Below are positions 25,631 through 35,668 of a stretch of 64,000 bases of DNA, in pieces. Source of the stretch: an uncultured Candidatus Poseidoniales archaeon (GTDB lineage: Archaea > Thermoplasmatota > Poseidoniia > Poseidoniales > Thalassarchaeaceae); contig CACOAW010000002.1 of assembly GCA_902625325.1 (NCBI GenBank), forward strand, positions 84,347 to 148,346, given 5' to 3'. Positions within the stretch are counted from its first letter, which is position 1; every line of letters begins with the position of its first letter. The notes below the pieces were generated by a model. That model was given only the letters and a program-made list of their open reading frames with translations. It did not search any database and had not been told where the DNA came from. Position numbers and translations under genes: made by a program.

Positions 25631-28600
25631 TTGAATAACCACCGCCGAGCATGCCCAACGCTCGGAGATGACGATTTGCCAACAACGGAACACTCTGTGA
25701 CTATCGAGGAGGTCCCACCTGGGGGGATACCGGACTGGTTGAAACAACACATCCGACTTCAGTCCCTAGGAAAACCTAGCAATGACTCAAACCGCCATGG
25801 GAGAATTCTCATTATTTACCCAACAGAGAAATCCAAGAGACAAGCACTGTCATCAACAGACCTCAGAGGAGCCATAGATCGTACCCTCCATCACACCATG
25901 GATTCCCTGATTTCTTCACTGGTCGCAGATCTGAGGCTACCTCGAGTAATCTCCAACCAAGGTCCACTCAGTGCCATCATTCACACCGAGTGTCAGAAGG
26001 AGTCCTCGAGGCTGGGATTCCCGATGATCAACCCGCTACCAGAGATGAAGTGGGGCAAGGGCAAGACAGAGGCACTAGCAAACCTCCATCACCACCTTTC
26101 CAGGGAGTTGGTAGCTGAGAGGTGGGAAGGACCCGGTATACCCACATTCAGGAGGGTAATCACCAGACTCGAGGAGAAACTTCGATTCACACACCCGGAC
26201 ATGGTATGCGAACGGATCATCGATGCTCTGAAGGATGGAAGAATACCATTCACCATTTCGGATATAGACGGCATAATTATGCTCGATCACTCGCCGTCGA
26301 TGTACAAATCTCACACCCAGATTCTCCTGTCCCTTTCGAAGATAAGACCGATACATCAGCTTACATATCCCGGAAACTTTCGCATAGGTCACCATGGCCA
26401 TATGCTATTGGATCAACACCCAATAAGGGTCCCGGATGGCCTTCCCGATTGGGTACCCTCCCAGAGAACCCATCTTCGAGGCCCAACCACATCCGTGAAT
26501 AGGATTCTGCTTGACAGAGAGGCACACTCCTTCGAGGCAACAGCACGTATCGTCGCCGACAGACTAAGCAGAGAGGAATCCGAGATAATCATCGTAGACC
26601 CCGCCTTGGAGAACAACAGGCGAAAGTGGGAGCAAATTCTGGGTGATATCGGTATCACCATCGACAGGGGGTGGGCAAAACCATCGTCCCATTCCATCGG
26701 GCATTGGCTTCTGTTCCTGGCGAAATTGGGCCACGGAGCCGATGCTTTTTCCCTCAGTAGTCTCAGGTCGTTATCCCTTCAGACCTCAATCGTGCCATTT
26801 GGGGAGCTAGCGGAACACCCATTTGATCCCGAAATCTCCTGTTTGGCAGACTCGGAATTACTCACCAAGATGGCCAGGAACGAGCATGTCCTAGGCGGAC
26901 CCGGGGCCCTCTCTAAATGGGTGGAAACCCTCTCCAGACCTCCAAAACACGAAAGAGACGGACCGAGAAAAGAAGCCGCACAATGGTGGCTTATGAGCCT
27001 CGCAGCTTCCATAAGGCCGCTACTAAGAGAGCCTGACCGGAAATTAGTTGCAAACCTGACTGAAGTTGTTGGATGCCATTCAGGAGCCAAACTCCCGCTT
27101 CCGGATGCCCCGCAGGATGGAGATGAGTGGTTACAAAGAACGCTATCCCTAATTGATATTCCAGCCCATATGGACCGATTCTCGGGCAGGGGCCTATCCC
27201 CAGCGGCGGTAATCGAAGCCCTGTCTAAAGAGAGAGATACCTTGAGGGCGATGCAGAGACAGTCAGGTCATGCGCCTCCAAAACTAGGTTGGGATTGGGT
27301 GGAGGAACTCCATTTTATAGCGGACCAGACCAAAGCCAGGACCGGTGGTTCCAATTTTACGTGTGGAATTTCGGTGTTGACTCCTGATGAAGCCTTGGGT
27401 TGTTCAGCGGATTTAGTGGTGCTATCAAACTTATCTAGCTCATCATGGGAATTGAGAGTACCAAAGGTGCCCTTCGTTGGTGAGGATGAACGACACGCAC
27501 TTGGAATACTCAGACCAGACGCTACAATCAGAAACGCCAGACATAATCTACTTCACTTATTGAACTGCTCATCGGAGGCATTCGTCCTTGACCCGACCGC
27601 TGACGAAACCTCTCCACCTGCTGCGCCGATAAGGGAGTGGGCCGAGGATTTTGAGGCAAGAGGATTGGATAGCCAAACGTACGAAACCTCAGAGTGGACA
27701 TATTCCCCAAGACGCCTCAGGCAGGTTGACGGACTCAGAATAAGACAAGGCAAGCCCCCAAATCAATCTCCAATCAACCCCAGCGCGGTATCAATACCCC
27801 TTGACCAAATCCTCCAAAGGGACCGTGAGAGGAGACAACCGTTCATGCCTTCCAATGACGGATACCTGCCCGAGGAAAACATTCAGCACCTACTCTCCAT
27901 CGAGAAGTTCAAACTTCACGGCAAGGCACCACCAGGGATAGAAAATCCCAGAAACAACGTCAGATGGCCGGTGGTGGGAGCAACAATAAACGGAAAGAGA
28001 ACTCCTTCGATTGACCCCAGGCCCTTCTCACCAATGGCTACAGGTGTACGCGTTAGTGATTCCAGAAACGGGCACTCCGGGGAGACGGCTCAGGAGATAC
28101 CGGTCTGGTCCCCGACTCGACTCCAGACTTGGTCAAGATGTCCGAGAATGGGATGGCTGAAAAGAGAATTAGGCGCTGAAAGAGAGGACCTACAATCAGA
28201 GGACATAGACAATAGGACGTATGGGGAACTGCTTCACAGTGTTCATCACGACATAGTCACGCAGGTCTTGGGGTTCGGGACCAGCGAAGAAAGGGCGCAT
28301 GACGGTGGCAAGGGTCACATCAGCGTCCAAAGATCGGGTTTGGATCAAACCGAGATCATGCGAATCGCCCTAGAGTCTCTGGACTCCCTAGCTCCTTGGT
28401 TAGAAAGAACTGACGCCGTCTCGACTCAAAGACTCAGATCTCTGACTGGCATGGACAGGAATGAGTGGAACAGCTGGATAGCAGACCCAAAACCAATCCT
28501 CCCTAGGGGGAGGATTGGGGGCCTGGTAACGGCGGAGCTTGAGATCGGCGATTCCGCTCCCATCTCTATAGAATGGAGAGTCAGAAAGGGTGCCTTGGAC

Positions 28601-29242
28601 TACATCCAAATCAATCCAACTCCTGAGATATTAGAAAGGAATGAATCTGATCCAATCAGAGTCAGGGGATGGATAGACAGGGTGGATGTACTCCCAATGG
28701 ATTTGGACTCACAGGTCTGGGTGGATAATGAAGGGAGCGAAACGGTAGCACCGATCAGAATCAAGGGTTCCGGCTGGAAACCAAAACGGCTGATTGCAAT
28801 CAGAGACCTGAAGACATCTGAGACTAACTCCCAAAGGAACAGACACTATCAGGGCCTTCTCGAAGAGCTTCAACTTGCGGTTTATGCCAGGGCATGGGAG
28901 GAAGCCCACCCTGGAGACCTAGTAGTAGCAACCGGAATTTCGGTAATCGGACCCAAATCAAACCACTTTTTGGAGGTGTCTCAGATGCTCGAATCTTCTC
29001 AATCAGGAATCAACATCGGTACGAAAACTACGGTCACGTCCTATCTCCACAGATTCGCGGATGAGGACGAGGATGCTGACTCCGATCATTTTAGAGCATG
29101 GTTAGCCCAACGACTTTCTGTAGCAATGGGAGTAGCTAACAATGCCAAGAAGGGTAAGGTGACCCCAACCCCATCCTCCAGAGTGTGTAGTTATTGCCCC
29201 GTGGGGGAGTTCTGCGATGTTAGGATGGGGGGGTCTTTCTGA
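25631..29242 (+). CDS. addB: AddB/RexB-like helicase-nuclease subunit (RecB-family nuclease with Fe-S staple cysteines)
   Basis: PD-(D/E)XK core 'IAIRDLKTSE' and 'QLAVYARAW'. Cys in 'WSRCPRMGW' (28139-28141) plus 'CSYCPVGEFC' (C-x2-C-x5-C, 29186-29215) matches the AddB 4Fe-4S arrangement. It lies immediately upstream of an AddA-type gene. The start is uncertain (TTG 25631 or GTG 25697). Confidence 0.75.
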   Translation: MNNHRRACPTLGDDDLPTTEHSVTIEEVPPGGIPDWLKQHIRLQSLGKPSNDSNRHGRILIIYPTEKSKRQALSSTDLRGAIDRTLHHTMDSLISSLVADLRLPRVISNQGPLSAIIHTECQKESSRLGFPMINPLPEMKWGKGKTEALANLHHHLSRELVAERWEGPGIPTFRRVITRLEEKLRFTHPDMVCERIIDALKDGRIPFTISDIDGIIMLDHSPSMYKSHTQILLSLSKIRPIHQLTYPGNFRIGHHGHMLLDQHPIRVPDGLPDWVPSQRTHLRGPTTSVNRILLDREAHSFEATARIVADRLSREESEIIIVDPALENNRRKWEQILGDIGITIDRGWAKPSSHSIGHWLLFLAKLGHGADAFSLSSLRSLSLQTSIVPFGELAEHPFDPEISCLADSELLTKMARNEHVLGGPGALSKWVETLSRPPKHERDGPRKEAAQWWLMSLAASIRPLLREPDRKLVANLTEVVGCHSGAKLPLPDAPQDGDEWLQRTLSLIDIPAHMDRFSGRGLSPAAVIEALSKERDTLRAMQRQSGHAPPKLGWDWVEELHFIADQTKARTGGSNFTCGISVLTPDEALGCSADLVVLSNLSSSSWELRVPKVPFVGEDERHALGILRPDATIRNARHNLLHLLNCSSEAFVLDPTADETSPPAAPIREWAEDFEARGLDSQTYETSEWTYSPRRLRQVDGLRIRQGKPPNQSPINPSAVSIPLDQILQRDRERRQPFMPSNDGYLPEENIQHLLSIEKFKLHGKAPPGIENPRNNVRWPVVGATINGKRTPSIDPRPFSPMATGVRVSDSRNGHSGETAQEIPVWSPTRLQTWSRCPRMGWLKRELGAEREDLQSEDIDNRTYGELLHSVHHDIVTQVLGFGTSEERAHDGGKGHISVQRSGLDQTEIMRIALESLDSLAPWLERTDAVSTQRLRSLTGMDRNEWNSWIADPKPILPRGRIGGLVTAELEIGDSAPISIEWRVRKGALDYIQINPTPEILERNESDPIRVRGWIDRVDVLPMDLDSQVWVDNEGSETVAPIRIKGSGWKPKRLIAIRDLKTSETNSQRNRHYQGLLEELQLAVYARAWEEAHPGDLVVATGISVIGPKSNHFLEVSQMLESSQSGINIGTKTTVTSYLHRFADEDEDADSDHFRAWLAQRLSVAMGVANNAKKGKVTPTPSSRVCSYCPVGEFCDVRMGGSF

Positions 29243-32200
29243 TTCGCCTAAATACAGCCCAGCGTCTGGCTCTGAATCTTGATTCACACATCGTAATTGA
29301 CGCTGGTGCAGGAACCGGAAAGACAAGCACCATCGTTGATAGGGTTATTGAGCACTATTTAGCGAGTGACCAGAGAGCGACGAGAATCCTACCAAAACCG
29401 TCTAGGGCATCAAATATTGGAGAGGGAATGGTTACCGCACCCGCTTCCGAGAGAACCAATCTGCAGGATTGGGACGGCCTATTGCCGAGCGAGGTAGTCC
29501 TGCTAACTTTCACCAACAGAGCAGCCGACGAGATGAAGGACAGGCTCCGACGCACAATCTCGAGGGTAAGGCCCGGCCCTCTCGGAGACGACGGGGAACA
29601 TCGCTACGATCCCCGCATAAAGAGCCAAGGATTCATCGAGCAACTCCTTACTCTGCTAGAAGACGCTCCTATCGGTACGATAGACTCTTTCCTGTCTCAG
29701 TTAGTTTCTCCCTACAGGGGGAAACTTGGAAACGTCCTCAGCAAGGAGAACATATCTGACTCCGCGAGAGCAATAATGGTGGAGCAGGCCCTCAAGACGA
29801 TATGGAGGCTGCCAAAAAACAGATCCAAAATCGGGGACGCGGTTGACGCTGGTATACCCGCACACATTGCTTCCGATGTCCTCTCGGCGAGAGACCGTGT
29901 CGCTCAGCACTATTCTGGTAGAACTTCCGCTTCCAGAGTGCTGAGATCTCTGGTAGGGAAGTCAGTGTTCGTGGAAGAGTCATCACGCAAAATAATGGAT
30001 GAGAACGGTGACGTGGATAGAAATAGACTGCTCGCTATGATCATGTCATCGATAGAAGATACACAAATCAATGAGCAAGCCGATAGAGTAGCCACAACCG
30101 TCGGAGAAATCTTTGACACAATCAAGGAATGCATCCAGACCCCGTCCTCATCCGGCTGGGCACCAGAAACCAGGATGGCCTGCCTGGAAGAACTCGTCAG
30201 AAAGGGGCCCCCTACGGATACTTGGGAAAAGCTCTGCTGGATGGGGCACCTGCTTACATGTACTGTTAGCCAATCAAGCCTGATGACAAAGGAAATGAAA
30301 CACTTCCCGGGAATGAAATTGCCATCTGATGAGTGGGATGCTGGAATTAAAAGCTATGCTGAGATAAAAGATCCAAACCTCAAGGCACTGTACAAAACCA
30401 ATGTGAGAGGGAAAGCAACAGAGTTGTCTTCTATATGGTCAGATGAGTTGGGAAGCATAGTACTACATTTCGTGAGGATTGCCTTGCTGCTGGGGGAATC
30501 AAAACCTCCTCACGTCCCTGATGGGTGGTCAAAGCCGACCGTTAAACTTCCCGCAGAACTTCCAGATAGACTCGAAAAGCCTAACAAGACCCACCATTTC
30601 AGTCTCGAAGCCGAAATCCAGAATCTAAACGACCTCCACCTTTTACACCTGGGATTTCAGGGCGTTATGAAGAACCTAAAGCTACGGGACGATGTCCACG
30701 ATTTCGATGATATCCAGAGACTAGCTGGAGATTTGCTGCTCGCGAATTGCCCAGAGGTTTGCCGGACCTTCTACCATCCCAGTGTCCAACAGGCTTTGGA
30801 CTCGATTGACCAAGAACGTCCTTGGAGGGATGATCATGTGCATAGAGCGCTGAAAGCCCTTTCCGTTTTGGAAGAAAACCCCGAGCTTGCTGGTGAGGCA
30901 GCATCGAGACTGGTAGCAATGCGGGCCGATATCGAAAGTAGACACCTTTTGTTAGGCCAAATCAGAAGGAGATTCAGGGCATTCATTATCGACGAGGCTC
31001 AGGACAACTCGCCACTGCAATGGAGACTCCTATCACGTCTCTGGGGACCCAGGGAATTAAGGGATGAGGATGCTCCTAGGCCGGACACACCATGGGAACC
31101 AACTGTATGTTATGTTGGAGACGTAAAACAAAGCATCTATGCCTTTAGGCAGGCGGAAGTGACAGGGTTCCTAGACTTCGCAAAGTCTCTGAGGGCAGTA
31201 AACATTCACGAATTCTCCAGTGTATCGGAACTAACCAGAAAACCATCACTCAGGAAGGAAACTCACAGCAGAGATCCCAGGAACGACCATCATTCCTCTA
31301 TAGCCAGGGCCACCGAGCACATGGAGCGGGGTGGCAGGGATTTGGTGCCTTGGATTCCATTCGATGCAACCGACTGGGACCTTCCAGCCCCAACCTCAGA
31401 GGAGGTAAAGGCCCGTAAAGAAGGGATGATATCTCTGAAGGTAAATTACCGCTCTTCTGGAGGACTATTGGGGGTTATGAACGAATGGTGGGAAGACGTC
31501 TTCTCCGAAAGGCATAGGACATTTCCAAACGCTGACTTCTATGCATCCCCCCAGACACTGCACTCATTCCCCGAAAAGCGAGATATCCCCGGACTAATAG
31601 AGTGGATTTGCCCTCCAGACTCTGAGAATTCATCAGACCCACCAACTGATCTGGAGATGCATTTGGACCCCTTCGGACCAGGTAACACCGACCGGTTAGA
31701 GAGGCAGGCTACGTTAATCGCAATGAGGGTCAGGAGCCTCATTGAGGGGAGCCCCGTAAGGGTCAGGTCATCCTCTGGAGAGTGGAAAGAGGCAGATTCG
31801 TCAGAACCCGTCCGTCCAAGTGACATAACAATTCTATTGCCCAACAGGGTAAATCTCAGGGACGTGATTGTCAGGAATCTGCAAGATTTAGACGTTCCAT
31901 ACCAGGTAGACCGGGAGGGAAGTCTGATGGAACGCCCAGCAGTGTCGGCCTTAGAGGGCCTAATTCAATTCGTAGCTAGGCCACATTCTCGTTATTATGC
32001 CACATGGGTCGCGCGCTCCCCGCTGATCGGAATGAGTGACGGACAACTACAGAGGTACCTTTCGTCATCAGACGATGGCGAGGACCTCCTCTCGATCATG
32101 ATCTCCCACTGCGATAGTGAGAGGCAGAGATCGTTAGTCTCTCGGTGGCGCGAACTCTCATCTTCCTCCCTGCTGGGGGAACTTCTCCAGGACACAATAG

Positions 32201-34161
32201 ACCGCTCAGACCTCCTTATCGCACTTCCTGACGAGGTGTCTCGCCAGGACGCGGAGCAATTCTGCGATCTATTCAGTGAATTGTCAAATCAGGTAGGGGG
32301 GGATCCCATAGTCCTAGCAGACTGTCTTAGAGACCTCAGAGAAAACCCCTCCCAATCGATAGAAGCATCCACGGTCCCGCAAGGCGATGCTGTCAGGGTA
32401 ATGACTATTCACAGTTCCAAGGGGCTTGAGGCAAAGGTGGTCGTTCTTGCTGACCTATTCTCCTCTAGACAGACCAATATGAGAAATGAGCAGAATAGCC
32501 GGTTGATAGTCGGACCCGAGATGTATGCTGGCCACCCGAAGCCATGGCCAATGGGGAAGGCACCGATGTCAGCGCTCTGGGAACACGCATCCTTACTTCA
32601 CAGAGCAAGGAAGAATGCTGAGGCTAGGAGACTGTTGTACGTAGCAGCCACGAGAGCAGAGGAGCGGCTAATCATAGCCGGATCGCCCACAGGGACGATT
32701 TGGATAGATGGAGAGGGGTTAACATTTCCATGGACTTACGACAAGTCAGCACCCCAACTCGGGCAGATGTGGTTAGAGTCCCTCAGAGCTGGGTCATTGC
32801 GGAGGGGGGAAGAGGGTTCCCCTTGGCTGAGTCAGACCGATATGGGGTCCGAACCAGTCCTTGAGAGCAGAGGTAGCAGAACCTTATGCCCCGCAGCGAT
32901 CATGGACAATGGGTACCTAGGGTTCAGGAAAAAGACGGGCATCAAAATTCTACATCACCCAGAGTGTTTTACCGATACTGGAACGGGCGGAAGCCAGATT
33001 ACCACGCCGCTTCAGAGAATCAGAATAATCGACGAATCATCTCGGAGCGATCCAACGAACGGTGCCGAATCTCCCTCACTCAAGCCAATTCGATACTCCA
33101 CGACAGTGAAGGCGAATCCCAGCAAGCTCCCGTCCTACTACGATTGCCCGAGGTGCCAATGGATGGAGTTGAGGGCAGGTTTGGAATCAACAGGGGCCGT
33201 CAGAAACGATGAGGCTGAGGATCATACAGGACAACCCCTGTCGGTGGATCCTGCAACATTCGGGAACGTTTTCCACAGGATCGTCGAGATTGGAATCGGG
33301 AACCCTGGACCAATGCAGAATGGCCCAACCACTCCTCTCCCAAGGTCATGGACCACTCCCACGGAGGATAAAATCAACGACAAAGAGACACATCAAATCG
33401 CATTCAGAGAATTACTCCCACCGGGAGCCGACCTCTCAAGGGTTGCAGAGGCCGTTTCAATCATGGCCCGCAGAGTCTCTGAAGGGAAATTGGGGGCCAT
33501 GGTCACAGGTCAGGAGGTGGATGGGAGAAGGGTAGAGGGTCTGAGAACTGAGATGCCATTCCAAATATCCATCCCCACACAATTTGAATCTGTGACGCGG
33601 AGTAAGTGGACACCAGATGGTGATGAAGTGCTTATCTCATTCGATTCCACTAGAATCGAGCTAAGCGGAATCATAGACTTGGTTGTATGCACTCAGAGCG
33701 ATGACGGGGCCCCAGCAATCCGGGCCATTGACCTGAAAACTACGGATGCAAGCTCCCTACTTGGAGACTGGGAAAGTGGGCTTCTGGACTCTCTAGATGA
33801 TGACTCAATCGGGCCCTCTTGTCAGGCTGAGGAATCCCTGCTAAACAAGCACAGGCTGCAGATGGCTCTCTACCATCTAGCATTGGAAGAGTCGGAGTCG
33901 GACAAGGAGCGCGAGGGACTACCTAGGCGGAAGGTCCTCCCTCCGGCGATACTAGTTGGGGTTTCTGGAAGGCTAGTGGAGTATCCCTCCGAGACCCTCG
34001 AAAAGGCCAAGAAGGACCTGGAGAAGACGCTTGCTCTGACTGCTAGGATGTCATTAGCCTCAGAGTTCCCCTTATCCGTCGTAGAGAAGGACTACGAGGA
34101 TCGGATTTCGAAGTGCAGGAACTGTTCGATTTCAGAGGAAATCGAGTCGAAGAGTCCATGA
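29239..34161 (+). CDS. addA: AddA/RexA-like SF1 (UvrD/PcrA-type) helicase with C-terminal RecB nuclease; the start codon is unresolved (first canonical start is 29428, downstream of the Walker A box)
   Basis: Motif I 'DAGAGTGKT' (29299-29325), Ia 'TFTNRAADEM', II 'IIDEAQDNS' (DEAQD 30991-31005), III 'VGDVKQSIYAFRQA', IV 'VNYRSS', V 'MTIHSSKGLEAKVV', VI 'LLYVAATRAEERL'. The nuclease region carries 'IRAIDLKTTD' (DLK 33730-33738) and 'QMALYHLAL'. The frame is open from 29224. The start given here is the CTG at 29239 and is tentative. Confidence 0.8.
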   Translation: MIRLNTAQRLALNLDSHIVIDAGAGTGKTSTIVDRVIEHYLASDQRATRILPKPSRASNIGEGMVTAPASERTNLQDWDGLLPSEVVLLTFTNRAADEMKDRLRRTISRVRPGPLGDDGEHRYDPRIKSQGFIEQLLTLLEDAPIGTIDSFLSQLVSPYRGKLGNVLSKENISDSARAIMVEQALKTIWRLPKNRSKIGDAVDAGIPAHIASDVLSARDRVAQHYSGRTSASRVLRSLVGKSVFVEESSRKIMDENGDVDRNRLLAMIMSSIEDTQINEQADRVATTVGEIFDTIKECIQTPSSSGWAPETRMACLEELVRKGPPTDTWEKLCWMGHLLTCTVSQSSLMTKEMKHFPGMKLPSDEWDAGIKSYAEIKDPNLKALYKTNVRGKATELSSIWSDELGSIVLHFVRIALLLGESKPPHVPDGWSKPTVKLPAELPDRLEKPNKTHHFSLEAEIQNLNDLHLLHLGFQGVMKNLKLRDDVHDFDDIQRLAGDLLLANCPEVCRTFYHPSVQQALDSIDQERPWRDDHVHRALKALSVLEENPELAGEAASRLVAMRADIESRHLLLGQIRRRFRAFIIDEAQDNSPLQWRLLSRLWGPRELRDEDAPRPDTPWEPTVCYVGDVKQSIYAFRQAEVTGFLDFAKSLRAVNIHEFSSVSELTRKPSLRKETHSRDPRNDHHSSIARATEHMERGGRDLVPWIPFDATDWDLPAPTSEEVKARKEGMISLKVNYRSSGGLLGVMNEWWEDVFSERHRTFPNADFYASPQTLHSFPEKRDIPGLIEWICPPDSENSSDPPTDLEMHLDPFGPGNTDRLERQATLIAMRVRSLIEGSPVRVRSSSGEWKEADSSEPVRPSDITILLPNRVNLRDVIVRNLQDLDVPYQVDREGSLMERPAVSALEGLIQFVARPHSRYYATWVARSPLIGMSDGQLQRYLSSSDDGEDLLSIMISHCDSERQRSLVSRWRELSSSSLLGELLQDTIDRSDLLIALPDEVSRQDAEQFCDLFSELSNQVGGDPIVLADCLRDLRENPSQSIEASTVPQGDAVRVMTIHSSKGLEAKVVVLADLFSSRQTNMRNEQNSRLIVGPEMYAGHPKPWPMGKAPMSALWEHASLLHRARKNAEARRLLYVAATRAEERLIIAGSPTGTIWIDGEGLTFPWTYDKSAPQLGQMWLESLRAGSLRRGEEGSPWLSQTDMGSEPVLESRGSRTLCPAAIMDNGYLGFRKKTGIKILHHPECFTDTGTGGSQITTPLQRIRIIDESSRSDPTNGAESPSLKPIRYSTTVKANPSKLPSYYDCPRCQWMELRAGLESTGAVRNDEAEDHTGQPLSVDPATFGNVFHRIVEIGIGNPGPMQNGPTTPLPRSWTTPTEDKINDKETHQIAFRELLPPGADLSRVAEAVSIMARRVSEGKLGAMVTGQEVDGRRVEGLRTEMPFQISIPTQFESVTRSKWTPDGDEVLISFDSTRIELSGIIDLVVCTQSDDGAPAIRAIDLKTTDASSLLGDWESGLLDSLDDDSIGPSCQAEESLLNKHRLQMALYHLALEESESDKEREGLPRRKVLPPAILVGVSGRLVEYPSETLEKAKKDLEKTLALTARMSLASEFPLSVVEKDYEDRISKCRNCSISEEIESKSP

Positions 34162-34183
34162 GTGAACACTCAGGGTTAGGACC

Positions 34184-35602
34184 ATGACGCTTGACCTAGG
34201 ACGACTGATGGATAGGAGTGAAGAGATATGGGAGTCCTCCATTTTGCCTAGTCTGTCCGATTTCATCGGGATAAAGGCCCTATCTCCCCTATTCGAGCCC
34301 AACTGGGCCGAGATGGGTGAGCTGGATGCCACAATCGAACTATTCTGCGAGTGGCTGGACGATCAGGGAATAGAGGGAATTTCGTACGAGAAGCATAGGA
34401 TAGGAGAACTATCACCCGTACTAATTGTCACAATAGAGGGAACCGGCCCGGGCGAGGTGATATTCTACTCCCACCTGGACAAGCAGCCGTCAAAGCCAGA
34501 ACTGTGGTCAGAAGGTCTACACCCACTGAAAGCAGTTAGGAGGGATCCATGGCTCTATGGCAGAGGCTCCGTTGACGATGGGTATGGGGGATACCTTTGC
34601 GCCACATCTGTAAGGCTCCTGCAAGAAGCAGGCGCCCCTCATCCCCGTTGTACCATGATTATCGAGACGTGCGAGGAATCCGGATCATTCGACCTCCCGT
34701 CCTACCTGGAGGCACTTTCCGACAGACTTGGAAATCCGGACATGGTGGTCGTTTTGGACAGCGGGGGTCCCGATTATGACCATATTTGGATGACAGAGGC
34801 TCTTCGTGGGCTTGTCTCCGGGACTCTATCCGTGAAGGTATCTCACGAGGGAATTCACTCAGGAAACTCGGGGGGCTCAATCCCATCTTCTTTCAGGATC
34901 CAGCGGATTCTACTGGACAGAGTGGAGGACTCGTCCTCAGGAAAGGTCACAATCCCGGAGATGCACGTGGAAATCCCCGAAGAAGTCAGGGAGAACGCAA
35001 TCTCTCTCAGGGATATAGTAGGAGACAGCATATGGGAGCAGTTCCCAACGGTGGACACTCTCAGAAAGGCCTCCGAAACTACGGAGGACATGATAGTGGC
35101 CATGAACTGGGAGCCTACCCTGTCCATCATCGGAGCAGACGGAATTCCTTCGGTGCAGGACGCGGGAAACGTCCTCCGAACGAACACAGACCTGAAACTA
35201 AGCTTCAGGATACCCCCTGGGGTCGATTCGGAGTATGCTACAGCTCGTGCAAAGGAAATCCTGGAGAAGGACCCCCCATATGGGGCAGAGGTCACATTCA
35301 CTCCTGACTCATGTTCCGACGGTTTCCATGCACCGCCACTAGACGGACCGATCTCAGAAGCCATTAACGCGGCATCGATGGAGTTGACAGGGCTGCCCCC
35401 ACTGGCAACATGGACAGGGGGTACGATTCCCTTCATGGCGATGATGCAGGGCAAATACCCAGAAGCCATGTTTCTGTGCACTGGTACTTCGGGACCAGGG
35501 AACAATGCCCATGGGCCAGACGAGAAACTGCACATCCCCTCATCCAAGAGGCTGACAGTCGCTCTATCGGCAACAATAGCAGCAATTACTGAAAACCTCT
35601 GA
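34184..35602 (+). CDS. M20-family metallopeptidase (dipeptidase/CNDP-like)
   Basis: 'FYSHLDKQP', 'PWLYGRGSVDDGYG', 'ETCEESGS', and a dimerisation-domain-sized middle region. Confidence 0.75.
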   Translation: MTLDLGRLMDRSEEIWESSILPSLSDFIGIKALSPLFEPNWAEMGELDATIELFCEWLDDQGIEGISYEKHRIGELSPVLIVTIEGTGPGEVIFYSHLDKQPSKPELWSEGLHPLKAVRRDPWLYGRGSVDDGYGGYLCATSVRLLQEAGAPHPRCTMIIETCEESGSFDLPSYLEALSDRLGNPDMVVVLDSGGPDYDHIWMTEALRGLVSGTLSVKVSHEGIHSGNSGGSIPSSFRIQRILLDRVEDSSSGKVTIPEMHVEIPEEVRENAISLRDIVGDSIWEQFPTVDTLRKASETTEDMIVAMNWEPTLSIIGADGIPSVQDAGNVLRTNTDLKLSFRIPPGVDSEYATARAKEILEKDPPYGAEVTFTPDSCSDGFHAPPLDGPISEAINAASMELTGLPPLATWTGGTIPFMAMMQGKYPEAMFLCTGTSGPGNNAHGPDEKLHIPSSKRLTVALSATIAAITENL

Positions 35603-35668
35603 TTTGCCCTAACTCACCAATCCTGTTGCCGCCGAGGTTATATCGGGGGCACCTTCGGACTCCGGAAG

